Shown: positions 9,025 through 18,721 of the stretch, one piece after another
Layout: every line of letters begins with the position of its first letter
Position numbering within the stretch: position 1 is the first letter of the stretch
DNA from: an uncultured Bacteroidales bacterium
Lineage (GTDB): Bacteria; Bacteroidota; Bacteroidia; Bacteroidales; JAIORY01
Length of the DNA stretch: 64,000 bases
Direction of reading: 5' to 3'
Assembly (NCBI GenBank): GCA_964404485.1
Contig: CAYOKJ010000002.1
Span: forward strand, 70 to 64,069
Made by a program: the position numbers and the translations under genes
Notes under the pieces: model-generated
Database searches by the model: none
The model's input: the letters and a program-made list of their open reading frames with translations, nothing else
Told to the model about the DNA's origin: nothing

Positions 9025-10761
9025 ATGCCTGATTATCCGATTATAGAAATAAAGAATTTATCGGTCAGTTTTAAAACTGATAATAGCATATTAACGGCTG
9101 TTGATAATATTAGTTTTTCTCTTGAAAAAGGAAAAACACTGGGAATTGTCGGGGAGTCGGGTTCGGGAAAATCGGTTACTTCTTTATCAATTATGCAACT
9201 TGTTGATTGTCCTCCGGGAAAAATAGCAAGTGGAAATATTTTGTTTTCCGATGAAGATGTGAAGCAAACCGATCTTTTAAAACTTCCCGAAAAGGAAATA
9301 AAAAAATACCGCGGAAACAAGATAGGGATGATTTTTCAGGAACCAATGACTTCGCTTAATCCTGTTTATAAATGTGGGAAGCAAATTTCTGAATCTATTC
9401 TGCAACATCAAAAAATTTCTCATAAAAAAGCAAAGCAGAAAAGCATTGATTTACTTACAGAATTGCAACTTCCACGTCCTGAAGACATCTACAATTCTTA
9501 TCCTCATCAACTTTCGGGCGGACAAAAGCAAAGAGTGATGATTGCCATGGCTATTTGTTGTAATCCCTCAGTTTTAATTGCCGACGAGCCAACAACAGCT
9601 CTTGATGTAACTGTTCAAAAATCTATTCTTCAGCTTATCAAAGCTCTTCAAAAAAAACATGGAATGAGTGTGATTTTTATCACTCACGATCTTGGAGTTA
9701 TTGCAGAAATCGCCGATAAATTGTTAATAATGTATGATGGAAAAATTGTTGAACGGGGAGATTTAAAAGAAATTTTTCAACATCCAAAACATCCCTATAC
9801 TAAAGGTTTGCTGGCTTGTCGTCCACCAATGGATGTTCGCTTAAAAAAACTACCCGTAATAAAAGATTTTCTTAATGAAAAAAACAAAATATCTGTTGAA
9901 GCTTTCACAAAAAAACTTATCATTTCTGATGAACAACGCAAAGCAGAACAACAATCTCTTTTTGAAAAAACACCTTTATTAAGACTCAGAAATGTTAAAA
10001 CTTATTTTCCCATAAAGTCAGGGTTATTGAGGAAAACAAAAAGTATTGTAAAGGCAGTTGATGATGTAAGTTTTGATGTTTATCCTTCCGAGACTTTAGG
10101 CTTGGTTGGAGAATCGGGTTGCGGAAAAACTACTCTTGGGCGTACAATTTTAAATCTGATAAATGCTTCGGAAGGTGAAATAATTTATAAAAACAGAAAT
10201 ATTTCACAACTTTCAAAAATAGAATTAAGAAAATTAAGAAAAGATATTCAGATAATTTTTCAGGATCCATATTCTTCGCTAAACCCACGAATGACTGCCG
10301 GTTCAGCTATCATGGAACCACTTAAAGCACATAACATTTATAAAAATTATAAAGAAAGAAAAGAAAAGGTTTTTGATTTGCTTAAAAAAGTTGGCCTCGA
10401 AAAAGCACATTATTATCGTTATCCACATGAATTTTCAGGTGGTCAGCGACAAAGGATTTGCATAGCCCGTGCTTTATCACTCAAGCCTGAATTTATAATT
10501 TGTGACGAATCGGTTTCTGCTTTAGATGTTTCTATTCAAGCTCAAGTATTAAATCTGCTTAACGACCTAAAAAAGGAATTTGGTTTTACTTACATTTTTA
10601 TTTCTCACGACCTTTCTGTTGTCAAGTTTATGTCTGACAGAATGATGGTTATGAAAGACGGTAAAATACAAGAAATTGGTGATGCTGACGAAATTTATTA
10701 TCATCCGAAAACTGAATATACTAAGCAGTTGATTGATGCAATACCTAAAGGAGAATTTTAG
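9025..10761 (+). CDS. ABC transporter ATP-binding protein with two fused cassettes (oligopeptide/dipeptide DppD-DppF / YejF type)
   Basis: Walker A GESGSGKS and GESGCGKT; signatures LSGGQKQRV and FSGGQRQRI. Confidence 0.85.
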   Translation: MPDYPIIEIKNLSVSFKTDNSILTAVDNISFSLEKGKTLGIVGESGSGKSVTSLSIMQLVDCPPGKIASGNILFSDEDVKQTDLLKLPEKEIKKYRGNKIGMIFQEPMTSLNPVYKCGKQISESILQHQKISHKKAKQKSIDLLTELQLPRPEDIYNSYPHQLSGGQKQRVMIAMAICCNPSVLIADEPTTALDVTVQKSILQLIKALQKKHGMSVIFITHDLGVIAEIADKLLIMYDGKIVERGDLKEIFQHPKHPYTKGLLACRPPMDVRLKKLPVIKDFLNEKNKISVEAFTKKLIISDEQRKAEQQSLFEKTPLLRLRNVKTYFPIKSGLLRKTKSIVKAVDDVSFDVYPSETLGLVGESGCGKTTLGRTILNLINASEGEIIYKNRNISQLSKIELRKLRKDIQIIFQDPYSSLNPRMTAGSAIMEPLKAHNIYKNYKERKEKVFDLLKKVGLEKAHYYRYPHEFSGGQRQRICIARALSLKPEFIICDESVSALDVSIQAQVLNLLNDLKKEFGFTYIFISHDLSVVKFMSDRMMVMKDGKIQEIGDADEIYYHPKTEYTKQLIDAIPKGEF

Positions 10762-11010
10762 GCTTTTTTTTAACAGATCTTTCCTTTTATCAATATAAAT
10801 TACTACTATTCAAAAGCTTTGGCAAAATGTGTGTTTAGTAAGGGTTTCATTCTGTCTGTTTAAATATTTTACAAAACATCATTTCGGTATAATCAAAATA
10901 GAATGTGTTTACTCTAAAAAATTAACGGAGTCGAAATCTATTTGGTGAAACTTTTTACCGATTTACTACTTTTATATTCAGGGTTTTAAATTTTTGTTTG
11001 CAAATACAAT

Positions 11011-11018
11011 TACCTTTG
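11011..11018 (+). promoter_or_regulatory. -7 promoter box (TAnnTTTG) for rnr
   Basis: TACCTTTG lies 24 nt upstream of the ATG at 11042. It falls inside the track's TTG-extended ORF, which argues for the shorter start. Confidence 0.45.
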
Positions 11019-11041
11019 TAAAGTTTCTTAATACAAAGATT

Positions 11042-13192
11042 ATGATTAAAAAGAAAAAAAAGGGTGCAAAAAAAAATACTTTCGTAAATAGTATTTTAAG
11101 TATTTTCGGTAACAATCCGTTCAGGGCTTATAACTACAAACAGGTTTCTCAACTTCTCGGTATAAGTGATAAAATAAGCAAAAACCTTGTAAATACTATC
11201 CTCAAAGAGCTTTGTCAAAATGAAGATTTGATAGAATTTAAGCCCGGAAAATATAAGGTCAACCCAGAAAATATTGTTAATTACGCTAATAAAACAGCAA
11301 ATATCACAGGAATTGTTGATATGAAACAAACCGGAAAAGCATATTTAATTTCTGATGAAGGTGGTGATGATATTTTTATTTCTGCAAATAATACCGGACA
11401 TGCACTAAATGGCGACAGAGTAAAAGTTTTGCTTTTTCCTCAACGAAAAGGACGTAAACCCGAAGGACAAATTACAGAAATTATTAAGCGTGCAAAAGAT
11501 CAATTCGTTGGAATTATAGAGGTTTCAAAAAACTTTGCTTTTCTTGTTCCAGACAGTAGTTCTGTTCCTGTTGATATATTTATTTCAAAAAATAATTTAA
11601 AGGGTGTAAAAAATGGAGAAAAGGCAATCGCAAAAATTACCAATTGGCCGGAGAAATCAAAAAATCCTTTTGGAGAAATAGTTGAAATTTTGGGTATGCC
11701 CGGAGATAATGAAGTTGAAATGCAATCTATTCTCGCTGAATATGATTTTCCACTTTCATTCCCGAAAAAAACTGAAAAAGAATTAGAAAAAATTTCTAAT
11801 CAAATATCAAAAGCAGAAATAAAGCTCCGTAAAGATTTCCGAGAAGTTCTTACTATTACAATAGATCCTTTTGATGCAAAAGATTTTGATGATGCTATTT
11901 CAATAAAAAAACTAAAATCAGGTAACTGGCAAATTGGTGTTCATATTGCAGATGTTTCTCATTTTGTAAAACCGGGAACGTCGATTAATAACGAAGCCTT
12001 AAAAAGAGGAACTTCAATTTATCTTGTTGACAGAGTTGTTCCTATGCTTCCCGAAAAGTTATCGAATAACATTTGTTCGTTACAGGCAAATAAAGATAAA
12101 CTTTGTTTTTCCGCAGTTTTCGAAATGGATGAAAATACAAAAGTTATAAACGAGTGGTTTGGAAAAACAATAATTAATTCTAACAGACGATTTAATTACG
12201 AAGAAGTTCAAAAAATACTTGAAACCGGAAAAGGAGAATTATCAGAAGAAATATGCGCTCTGAACAATCTGGCATCAAAACTTCGTAAGAATCGCTTTGA
12301 CAAGGGCTCTATAAATTTCCATTCACAAGAAGTAAAATTTGAGCTTGATGATGATGGAAAACCCTTAAGTATTTCTATAAAAGAATCGAAAGATTCTAAT
12401 AAATTGGTGGAGGATTTTATGCTTCTCGCCAACAGAAAGGTTGCCGAATTTATTGGTAAAAAAAGAGAGAACAAAACCCCAAAAACATTTATTTATCGAA
12501 TTCATGATGTACCCTCGCCGGAAAAGCTTAATACTTTTGTGAGTTTTGTCAGTAAGCTTGGTTATCAAATTAAAATGGATTCCACAAAAAATCTTATAAA
12601 TTCTTTTAATAATTTATTTAAAGAAATTGCCGGAAAGGCTGAAGAAAATATGATTGAAACTATTGCCATCAGAACTATGGCAAAAGCAGTTTATTCTACA
12701 GAAAATATTGGTCATTACGGACTAGCTTTTAAGTACTATTCTCATTTTACTTCGCCCATCAGGCGATATCCTGATTTAATGGTACACCGTTTGCTTGAAG
12801 CTTATTTAGAAAACAAACCTTCGGCAAACAAAAAAGAATATGAAGAATATTGTGAGCAATGTTCGCAATTGGAACGACGTGCAGTTGAAGCCGAACGAAC
12901 ATCAATAAAATACAAACAGGCAGAATATCTTCTCGATAAGATTGGGCAAAGTTTTGACGGTGTAATTTCGGGTGTCAGTAAATGGGGTATTTATGTTGAA
13001 ATTGTTGGAAATAAATGCGAGGGCATGGTTCGTTTAACTGACCTTTACGATGATTTTTATTATCTTGATGAAGATAATTATTGCGTAATTGGGTCGCAAT
13101 CAGGGAATAAATACAAGCTTGGCGATAATGTTATCGTTAAAGTAAAACGTATTGACCTTGCAAAAAAACAAATGGATTTCGAGCTAATGTAA
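11042..13192 (+). CDS. rnr: Ribonuclease R
   Basis: RNB catalytic core (ITIDPFDAKDFDDAIS, HIADVSHFV, FTSPIRRYPDLMVHR) plus a C-terminal S1 domain. The start is moved from the TTG at 10994 to the ATG at 11042. Confidence 0.9.
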   Translation: MIKKKKKGAKKNTFVNSILSIFGNNPFRAYNYKQVSQLLGISDKISKNLVNTILKELCQNEDLIEFKPGKYKVNPENIVNYANKTANITGIVDMKQTGKAYLISDEGGDDIFISANNTGHALNGDRVKVLLFPQRKGRKPEGQITEIIKRAKDQFVGIIEVSKNFAFLVPDSSSVPVDIFISKNNLKGVKNGEKAIAKITNWPEKSKNPFGEIVEILGMPGDNEVEMQSILAEYDFPLSFPKKTEKELEKISNQISKAEIKLRKDFREVLTITIDPFDAKDFDDAISIKKLKSGNWQIGVHIADVSHFVKPGTSINNEALKRGTSIYLVDRVVPMLPEKLSNNICSLQANKDKLCFSAVFEMDENTKVINEWFGKTIINSNRRFNYEEVQKILETGKGELSEEICALNNLASKLRKNRFDKGSINFHSQEVKFELDDDGKPLSISIKESKDSNKLVEDFMLLANRKVAEFIGKKRENKTPKTFIYRIHDVPSPEKLNTFVSFVSKLGYQIKMDSTKNLINSFNNLFKEIAGKAEENMIETIAIRTMAKAVYSTENIGHYGLAFKYYSHFTSPIRRYPDLMVHRLLEAYLENKPSANKKEYEEYCEQCSQLERRAVEAERTSIKYKQAEYLLDKIGQSFDGVISGVSKWGIYVEIVGNKCEGMVRLTDLYDDFYYLDEDNYCVIGSQSGNKYKLGDNVIVKVKRIDLAKKQMDFELM

Positions 13193-13202
13193 TCTTATAA
13201 TC

Positions 13203-13379
13203 TTAGTTTTTTGAAGGATACAAATAGATGATTAATCCTCCTATTACAGGACTAAAAATCATACAAAGAAAAAATGACCATTCTGTACCCGGTTTTTTCT
13301 TTTTTCCTATATTTTCTGAAATTATCAATGACAAAATATACCAAATGGTAAAAACCAATATTATTATAATTTCATTCAT
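13203..13379 (-). CDS. Possible small membrane protein (58 aa), below the track length cutoff
   Basis: My own translation is MNEIIIILVFTIWYILSLIISENIGKKKKPGTEWSFFLCMIFSPVIGGLIIYLYPSKN*, which has two hydrophobic helices. It lies 20 nt downstream of the PepSY-TM gene on the same strand. Confidence 0.35.
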   Translation of the reverse strand: MNEIIIILVFTIWYILSLIISENIGKKKKPGTEWSFFLCMIFSPVIGGLIIYLYPSKN

Positions 13380-13399
13380 TTTAAATTTTATTTAATTCA

Positions 13400-13954
13400 T
13401 TAATGAAATAGAAATAGAAACAATAAAGGGATTATTATTCCCAGAATCGTAAGCCAGGCACCTCTGCCGGTAATTCCTTTTTTCCCTTTAATAATAAATA
13501 ATCCTGTTATGGCAATTAATATTAAAGCTCCGGCAAAAATATCAGAAAATGATGTCCACCACAAACCAGGATTATAATGAAGGTAATTAATTTCTTTAAA
13601 GATTGGTCTTTTTCGTGTTTTTTCAATTGTTCCAATACCTTTTGAAATATTAAAAACAGCAACACCGTTTTTTAAAAATACTTTAAGAGTGTTATCATTG
13701 GGAAAATAATGTTTTTTATAATATCTTCCTTCATTAAATTTATCAAGGAAATTTACAATATCAGTTTTATTCATGTCAGTATTTATTACATTATTAAACT
13801 CAACATTATTTTTAATAATAATATAATTCGGATTCCAATCATCTAAATGATTAATTGCAATTCCTGACAAAGCATAAATTATTGTCATCCCAAAAAACAA
13901 AAAACCAAGATCGCGATGGATCACACGGTTCCATTTTCTCCACTTAAATTTCAT
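13400..13954 (-). CDS. PepSY-associated TM helix domain protein
   Basis: KWRKWNRVIHRDLGFLFFGMTIIYALSGIAINH is the characteristic N-terminal helix motif, and a C-terminal TM pair is present. Confidence 0.6.
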   Translation of the reverse strand: MKFKWRKWNRVIHRDLGFLFFGMTIIYALSGIAINHLDDWNPNYIIIKNNVEFNNVINTDMNKTDIVNFLDKFNEGRYYKKHYFPNDNTLKVFLKNGVAVFNISKGIGTIEKTRKRPIFKEINYLHYNPGLWWTSFSDIFAGALILIAITGLFIIKGKKGITGRGAWLTILGIIIPLLFLFLFH

Positions 13955-14033
13955 TTTATATAATTTTTGTTTTACAAATATAAAAAAAGCCGGAATTATT
14001 AATCCCGACTTTATATATATTTTTTAAATTGCT

Positions 14034-14660
14034 TTATTCCGCTTTTGGTTCCGTTGCAAATTTATATTCTGAACATACAATAGAATAATATACCAAATAC
14101 CCTTTTTCTGTTTCGGCAATTTCTGCTCTAAGATTTTCTATTTGCTTAAATCCATCTATATGTTCACCCTGGTCAGCATTTTTACCTTTAGAAGTTTTAT
14201 GATCTCCTTCGCCTTCTTTTTCTTGTTTATCTAATCCTTTCCCTTTTTCAGATTCTTCATTATTGGCTAATAGTTCATTTTCCCAATCATTAAGGTAATC
14301 TTCATCTATTCTCAGTTCTTCAACAATACCCTCAACTTTAATTGATTTTCCAACCCATTCTGTATTAAAAGCCGGCATATTTTCTCCAACTGTGATTTTA
14401 ACTCTTCCTTTTGAATTATCATCAATAATAAACATTTTGTCGCCACCATGCATACAAACATGATCAACTATTCCTTTAATATAAACAGCTTTTCCTGTCA
14501 GGCTTTCAGCTGTATCGTCAAATTCAGCAATACTAACAACTATTGGACTAACAGCTGTTATTATGCTTTTATCATTATTGTTTTCAGTTTGTTTTTGTTG
14601 ATTTCCACATGAAAATAAAAAACCTGAAATAATTACTAATATTATTAAATTTCGTGTCAT
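14034..14660 (-). CDS. Hypothetical lipoprotein
   Basis: Lipobox LFSCGN after a signal peptide, and an acidic low-complexity C-terminal half. Confidence 0.5.
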   Translation of the reverse strand: MTRNLIILVIISGFLFSCGNQQKQTENNNDKSIITAVSPIVVSIAEFDDTAESLTGKAVYIKGIVDHVCMHGGDKMFIIDDNSKGRVKITVGENMPAFNTEWVGKSIKVEGIVEELRIDEDYLNDWENELLANNEESEKGKGLDKQEKEGEGDHKTSKGKNADQGEHIDGFKQIENLRAEIAETEKGYLVYYSIVCSEYKFATEPKAE

Positions 14661-14720
14661 AATTTTTTTATTATTATTAATTAATGAATTTGTAAAAGTA
14701 TGTAATTAGTTTAATATTTA

Positions 14721-16232
14721 TTAATTAAAATCACTGCCTATTTTTATTCCATCATATTTTTTTTCTACACCATTTTTGTAATAAATTTTCATGAAAACGC
14801 TACCATCATAATTATATTTTATCCACTCCCCGTTTTTTTTACCCATTACATAAAAGCCTTCTTCTTTTTTATTTCCATTATCCCAATAATAAATATGTAT
14901 TCCGTTTGGATTATCATCAATAAATTTTCCTTCAAAACTTTTTTTACCATTATTATAAAAATGCTTCCATATTCCATTGCGCTTTCCATCAATATATTCA
15001 CCTTCTTCTTTATTATCACCAATTTTATATATCCAAAAACCATTTTTTAATCCTTCAAAATATTCGCCTTTAGTAATAATATTTCCGAGTTGGTTAAATT
15101 CGGTTAAAATTCCATTTGCAATGCCTTCCGAAAAATTTTCTTCTCTTAATAATCTTCCCGATTGATAATACCAGCTCCATTTTTCTATTAATTTTCCATT
15201 GTCATTAAATTTTCCTTCCTGTTCTAATTTTCCACTTTTATGATAATATTTCCATTCTCCTGTTTTAATATCTTTTCTATAATTCCCTTTGGCTTTAATA
15301 TTTCCGTTATCAAAATATTCATTCCAAAAACCATCTCTTTCTCCTTTTTGAGTAATAATTCCCTTTCCTATTATTACACCATTTTTAAAAATATATGAAT
15401 TTTCAACAGTTCCATCTTCCGAATATTCACGCCTTATTCCTTCAGGAACACCATCTTTATAACTTGCAACAATTTTTACTTTTCCGTTTTTATAATAATC
15501 CTTTTTTACATCTAATTTTTTTAGTTTAGCAACATTTTCCTGAATTACTCCATCTGTAAATTTTTCAGCTTTTTTTAGATTTCCATCGTTGCTATATTTT
15601 TTAAAAAAACCTTTTTTATTACCATGCTTATATTTCCCGACTAATTTCAATTTTCCATCAGGATAATAATATTTCCAAATGCCGTGTTTTTTATTTTGTT
15701 GATCGAAGCGATTAATATTTTCTTTGTCAACAATAAATCCTTTTTTATAATAAAATAAAGTAATTATTCTTCCATCAGCTGCATATTCCTTACAAATTCC
15801 TTCTTCTAATCCATCAATAAAATTTACACTTCTTTTTATTTTTTCATCAGAATAAAAATTTTGTGTTAAACCATTTTTTATGTCATCAATAAAATTTTCA
15901 CTAATAATTTCTTCTTCCTGATAGATTTTTCTTCTTCCGTTTTTCTTTCCTTTTTTATAATTTATCTCAAGAATAATATCTCCATTATCGTTATAAAATT
16001 TCCATACAGAATCGAGTTTAAAATTTTTACGATTTCCTTCAGATATTAATATTTCATTCAAATTATATGTTTTCCAATATCCGTCCGGTTTTTCACCACG
16101 CATAAATCCTTCGCTTGATTTTTTTCCATTTTTATGATAAAAAATATTATAACCATCGGGGTTAATATCATTTTGCGATATTGCTGAATTAATGATAAAA
16201 AGAAATACAAGTATTATTTTAAATTTAAACAT
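14721..16232 (-). CDS. MORN-repeat-variant (YwqK-like) repeat protein, secreted
   Basis: About 20 tandem G-x-W-x-x-Y/F-x-x-NG-x-K repeats follow a signal peptide. Confidence 0.7.
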   Translation of the reverse strand: MFKFKIILVFLFIINSAISQNDINPDGYNIFYHKNGKKSSEGFMRGEKPDGYWKTYNLNEILISEGNRKNFKLDSVWKFYNDNGDIILEINYKKGKKNGRRKIYQEEEIISENFIDDIKNGLTQNFYSDEKIKRSVNFIDGLEEGICKEYAADGRIITLFYYKKGFIVDKENINRFDQQNKKHGIWKYYYPDGKLKLVGKYKHGNKKGFFKKYSNDGNLKKAEKFTDGVIQENVAKLKKLDVKKDYYKNGKVKIVASYKDGVPEGIRREYSEDGTVENSYIFKNGVIIGKGIITQKGERDGFWNEYFDNGNIKAKGNYRKDIKTGEWKYYHKSGKLEQEGKFNDNGKLIEKWSWYYQSGRLLREENFSEGIANGILTEFNQLGNIITKGEYFEGLKNGFWIYKIGDNKEEGEYIDGKRNGIWKHFYNNGKKSFEGKFIDDNPNGIHIYYWDNGNKKEEGFYVMGKKNGEWIKYNYDGSVFMKIYYKNGVEKKYDGIKIGSDFN

Positions 16233-16236
16233 ATAA

Positions 16237-16764
16237 TTATTTTACTGTTTTTCCTTTAACAACTCTTTGATTAATTTCTTGTCGGTAAATTTCATCTTTT
16301 TTTATCCATAATCTTGTGTTTTCAGCTTTTGAATCTACATTGTAAATTAATGTATCGTAAACTATTCCATAATAACTACCAATATTTTTATTTAATAATA
16401 TTTTATAAAAGTTATCTTGATTTTTTTTATGAAAAGTCACAGTATTATCATTTTCGAAAGAAATAAAAAGTTTGTCATTAGTAAAACTATCGCATGTCCC
16501 CGGAGTATTTTTAGCAATTATTATTTGGTCAATATAATTTCCATTTTCAAACACTATTTCACCTCTTGCTATTTTAGCTTCATTAATAGGCATAACTCTT
16601 TGTAAAATAACAGTATTTGAAATATAAAACTGAACTTTTTTAATATCTAATTTTTTATTTTCTATGTTTTTTCTAAGATTTTGTGTAAAATAAATTCTCT
16701 TAGTACAAGATAATGTAAACATCATTAATGCTATCAGACCGATTAAAATTATTTTATTTTTCAT
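16237..16764 (-). CDS. Hypothetical lipoprotein
   Basis: Signal peptide with a TLSC lipobox. It lies 4 nt downstream of the MORN gene on the same strand. Confidence 0.5.
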   Translation of the reverse strand: MKNKIILIGLIALMMFTLSCTKRIYFTQNLRKNIENKKLDIKKVQFYISNTVILQRVMPINEAKIARGEIVFENGNYIDQIIIAKNTPGTCDSFTNDKLFISFENDNTVTFHKKNQDNFYKILLNKNIGSYYGIVYDTLIYNVDSKAENTRLWIKKDEIYRQEINQRVVKGKTVK

Positions 16765-16806
16765 GATTAAAATTTAATAATTAGCTACTTTCTAAAAATT
16801 ATATTT

Positions 16807-17745
16807 TTATTTTTTATTATTAATAACTTTAGATAATTGAAGCATTTTTTCAATAGATTTTTTTGCTTTTTCAATTTTTATATTATCTAATTTTATTTCC
16901 GGTTTTTCATTAACAAGACAATCATATACTTTTTGTAAAGTATTTTTTTTCATATATTCACAATCATTACAAGAACAGTTTTCATCAGACGGAACAATTA
17001 AAAATTCTTTTTCCGGAGAATCTTTTTTCATTTGATGAAGTAATCCTGTTTCACTTGCAATAATTATTTTTTTAGAGTCAGATGATTTTGCATATTCAAG
17101 CATTTGCGCTGTTGATCCAATAAAATCTGCGAGTTCTAAAACAGCTGCATTACATTCGGGATGAGCTATTAATTTTGCTTTGGGATTTTTAACTTTAATT
17201 TTTATTACAGCTTCATTATTTAATTTATCATGAACTTCACAAACACCATCCCATAAAACCATATTTCTTCCGGTTAAATTATTAATATATCCACCTAAAT
17301 TTTTATCAGGAGCAAAAATAATTTTTTCATCTTTTGGAAAACTTTCTACAATTTTTACAGCATTTCCTGATGTACAAACTACATCTGAAATAGTTTTAAT
17401 ATCAGCTGTACAATTAATATATGAAATAACTATATGATCGGGATATTTTTCTTTAAACTTTTTAAATTCATTTAGAGGGCATGAATCAGCAAGTGAACAT
17501 CCTGCATCCATATCCGGAATAATTACTTTAGTTTTCGGATTAATTATTTTAGCTGTTTCAGCCATAAAATGAACTCCACAAAAAACTATTATCTTTGCTT
17601 CTATTTCAGCAGCTTTTTTAGCTAAAGCTAAACTATCTCCTACATAATCAGCAATATCTTGTATTTCTGGTATTTGATAAAAATGCGCTAATAATACCGC
17701 ATTTTTTTCTACTTTTAATTTTTTAATTTTTTCTGTTAAATTCAT
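16807..17745 (-). CDS. nadA: Quinolinate synthase
   Basis: LLAHFYQ..IQDIADYVGDSLALA, HFMAETAKI, conserved Cys residues, and the typical length of about 310 aa. Confidence 0.9.
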   Translation of the reverse strand: MNLTEKIKKLKVEKNAVLLAHFYQIPEIQDIADYVGDSLALAKKAAEIEAKIIVFCGVHFMAETAKIINPKTKVIIPDMDAGCSLADSCPLNEFKKFKEKYPDHIVISYINCTADIKTISDVVCTSGNAVKIVESFPKDEKIIFAPDKNLGGYINNLTGRNMVLWDGVCEVHDKLNNEAVIKIKVKNPKAKLIAHPECNAAVLELADFIGSTAQMLEYAKSSDSKKIIIASETGLLHQMKKDSPEKEFLIVPSDENCSCNDCEYMKKNTLQKVYDCLVNEKPEIKLDNIKIEKAKKSIEKMLQLSKVINNKK

Positions 17746-18235
17746 TAATTGTTTTTATAATATTTAAGCTATATATTTCAGCACTAAAATTAATATTTTT
17801 ATTTTCTTTAATTTTAAACAGTTTTAATAATATATATAATATATTTATTAATTAAAATTTTAAATGTATTATTATTAGACTTGTTAATAAACTAAATTTT
17901 TAATGATTATTGTAATTAAAATGTATCAAAATTATTATTAAATATTTAATAATTACATTATTAAAATAAATATATTTTTCACCAAATAGCTAATAATTTT
18001 GTTAATAATAGTTTAATAAATTTTGATAATAATTTTAATCATTAAGCTTTATAAACAATTTGTTAATTATTTAAATATTTATTATAAAATTATAACAATT
18101 TTTAAAGGAATAAACATTATTTTGTTTATAACTAATAAAAAATTGATTTTAAGATAATAGCGTAAATATAAACTTTTTTTGATTTAAATAAAATCTTAAT
18201 TTTAAAGTAATTAATAAAGATAATTAATTTTTAAG

Positions 18236-18243
18236 TAATTTTG
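18236..18243 (+). promoter_or_regulatory. -7 promoter box (TAnnTTTG) for rpiB
   Basis: TAATTTTG lies 20 nt upstream of the ATG at 18263. Confidence 0.45.
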
Positions 18244-18262
18244 TATTTAATAAATTATTAAC

Positions 18263-18712
18263 ATGTTTGATAAAAGTAAAAATATATTAATTGGAAGCGA
18301 TCACGGTGGGTTTGAAATGAAGGAATTTATTAAGAAAAACTTATTAAAAGAAGGCTATAAAATAAAGGATTTTGGGACAAATTCTACTGAAAGTGTAGAT
18401 TATCCTGATTTTATTCACCCAGTGGCAAAAATTATTAATGATAGTGAAAATGATTTAGGAATAATACTTTGTGGAAGTGGAAATGGTGCACAGATGACGG
18501 CAAATAAATATATAAATGTAAGAGCTGGATTATGTTGGACGGAAGAACAGGCAAAGCTTATAAGAATGCATAATAATGCAAATATTATTTCTATTCCAGG
18601 AAGATTTGTTGATTTTGAGCTTGGATTAAAAATGGTAAAAGTATTTTTGGAAACCGATTTTGAAGGTGGACGACATAAACAAAGAGTTAATAAAATATCA
18701 CAAATTCGTTAA
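18263..18712 (+). CDS. rpiB: Ribose-5-phosphate isomerase B
   Basis: IGSDHGGFEMKE, ILCGSGNGAQMTANK, 149 aa. Confidence 0.9.
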   Translation: MFDKSKNILIGSDHGGFEMKEFIKKNLLKEGYKIKDFGTNSTESVDYPDFIHPVAKIINDSENDLGIILCGSGNGAQMTANKYINVRAGLCWTEEQAKLIRMHNNANIISIPGRFVDFELGLKMVKVFLETDFEGGRHKQRVNKISQIR

Positions 18713-18721
18713 AAAGCATAA

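Noticed and set aside
10994-11041. The TTG-initiated N-terminal extension of RNase R (MFANTITFVKFLNTKI...).
   Set aside because: A TACCTTTG -7 promoter box (11011-11018) sits inside the extension. The ATG at 11042 opens with the lysine-rich N-terminus typical of RNase R.
17746-18262. The 517-bp, almost pure A/T spacer between the divergent nadA and rpiB genes, considered as a replication origin or a hidden gene.
   Set aside because: I saw no DnaA-box-like TTATCCACA/TGTGGATAA sequences, no dnaA or dnaN nearby, and no ORF of useful length. It does contain a good -7 box for rpiB, so it is most simply a divergent promoter region.
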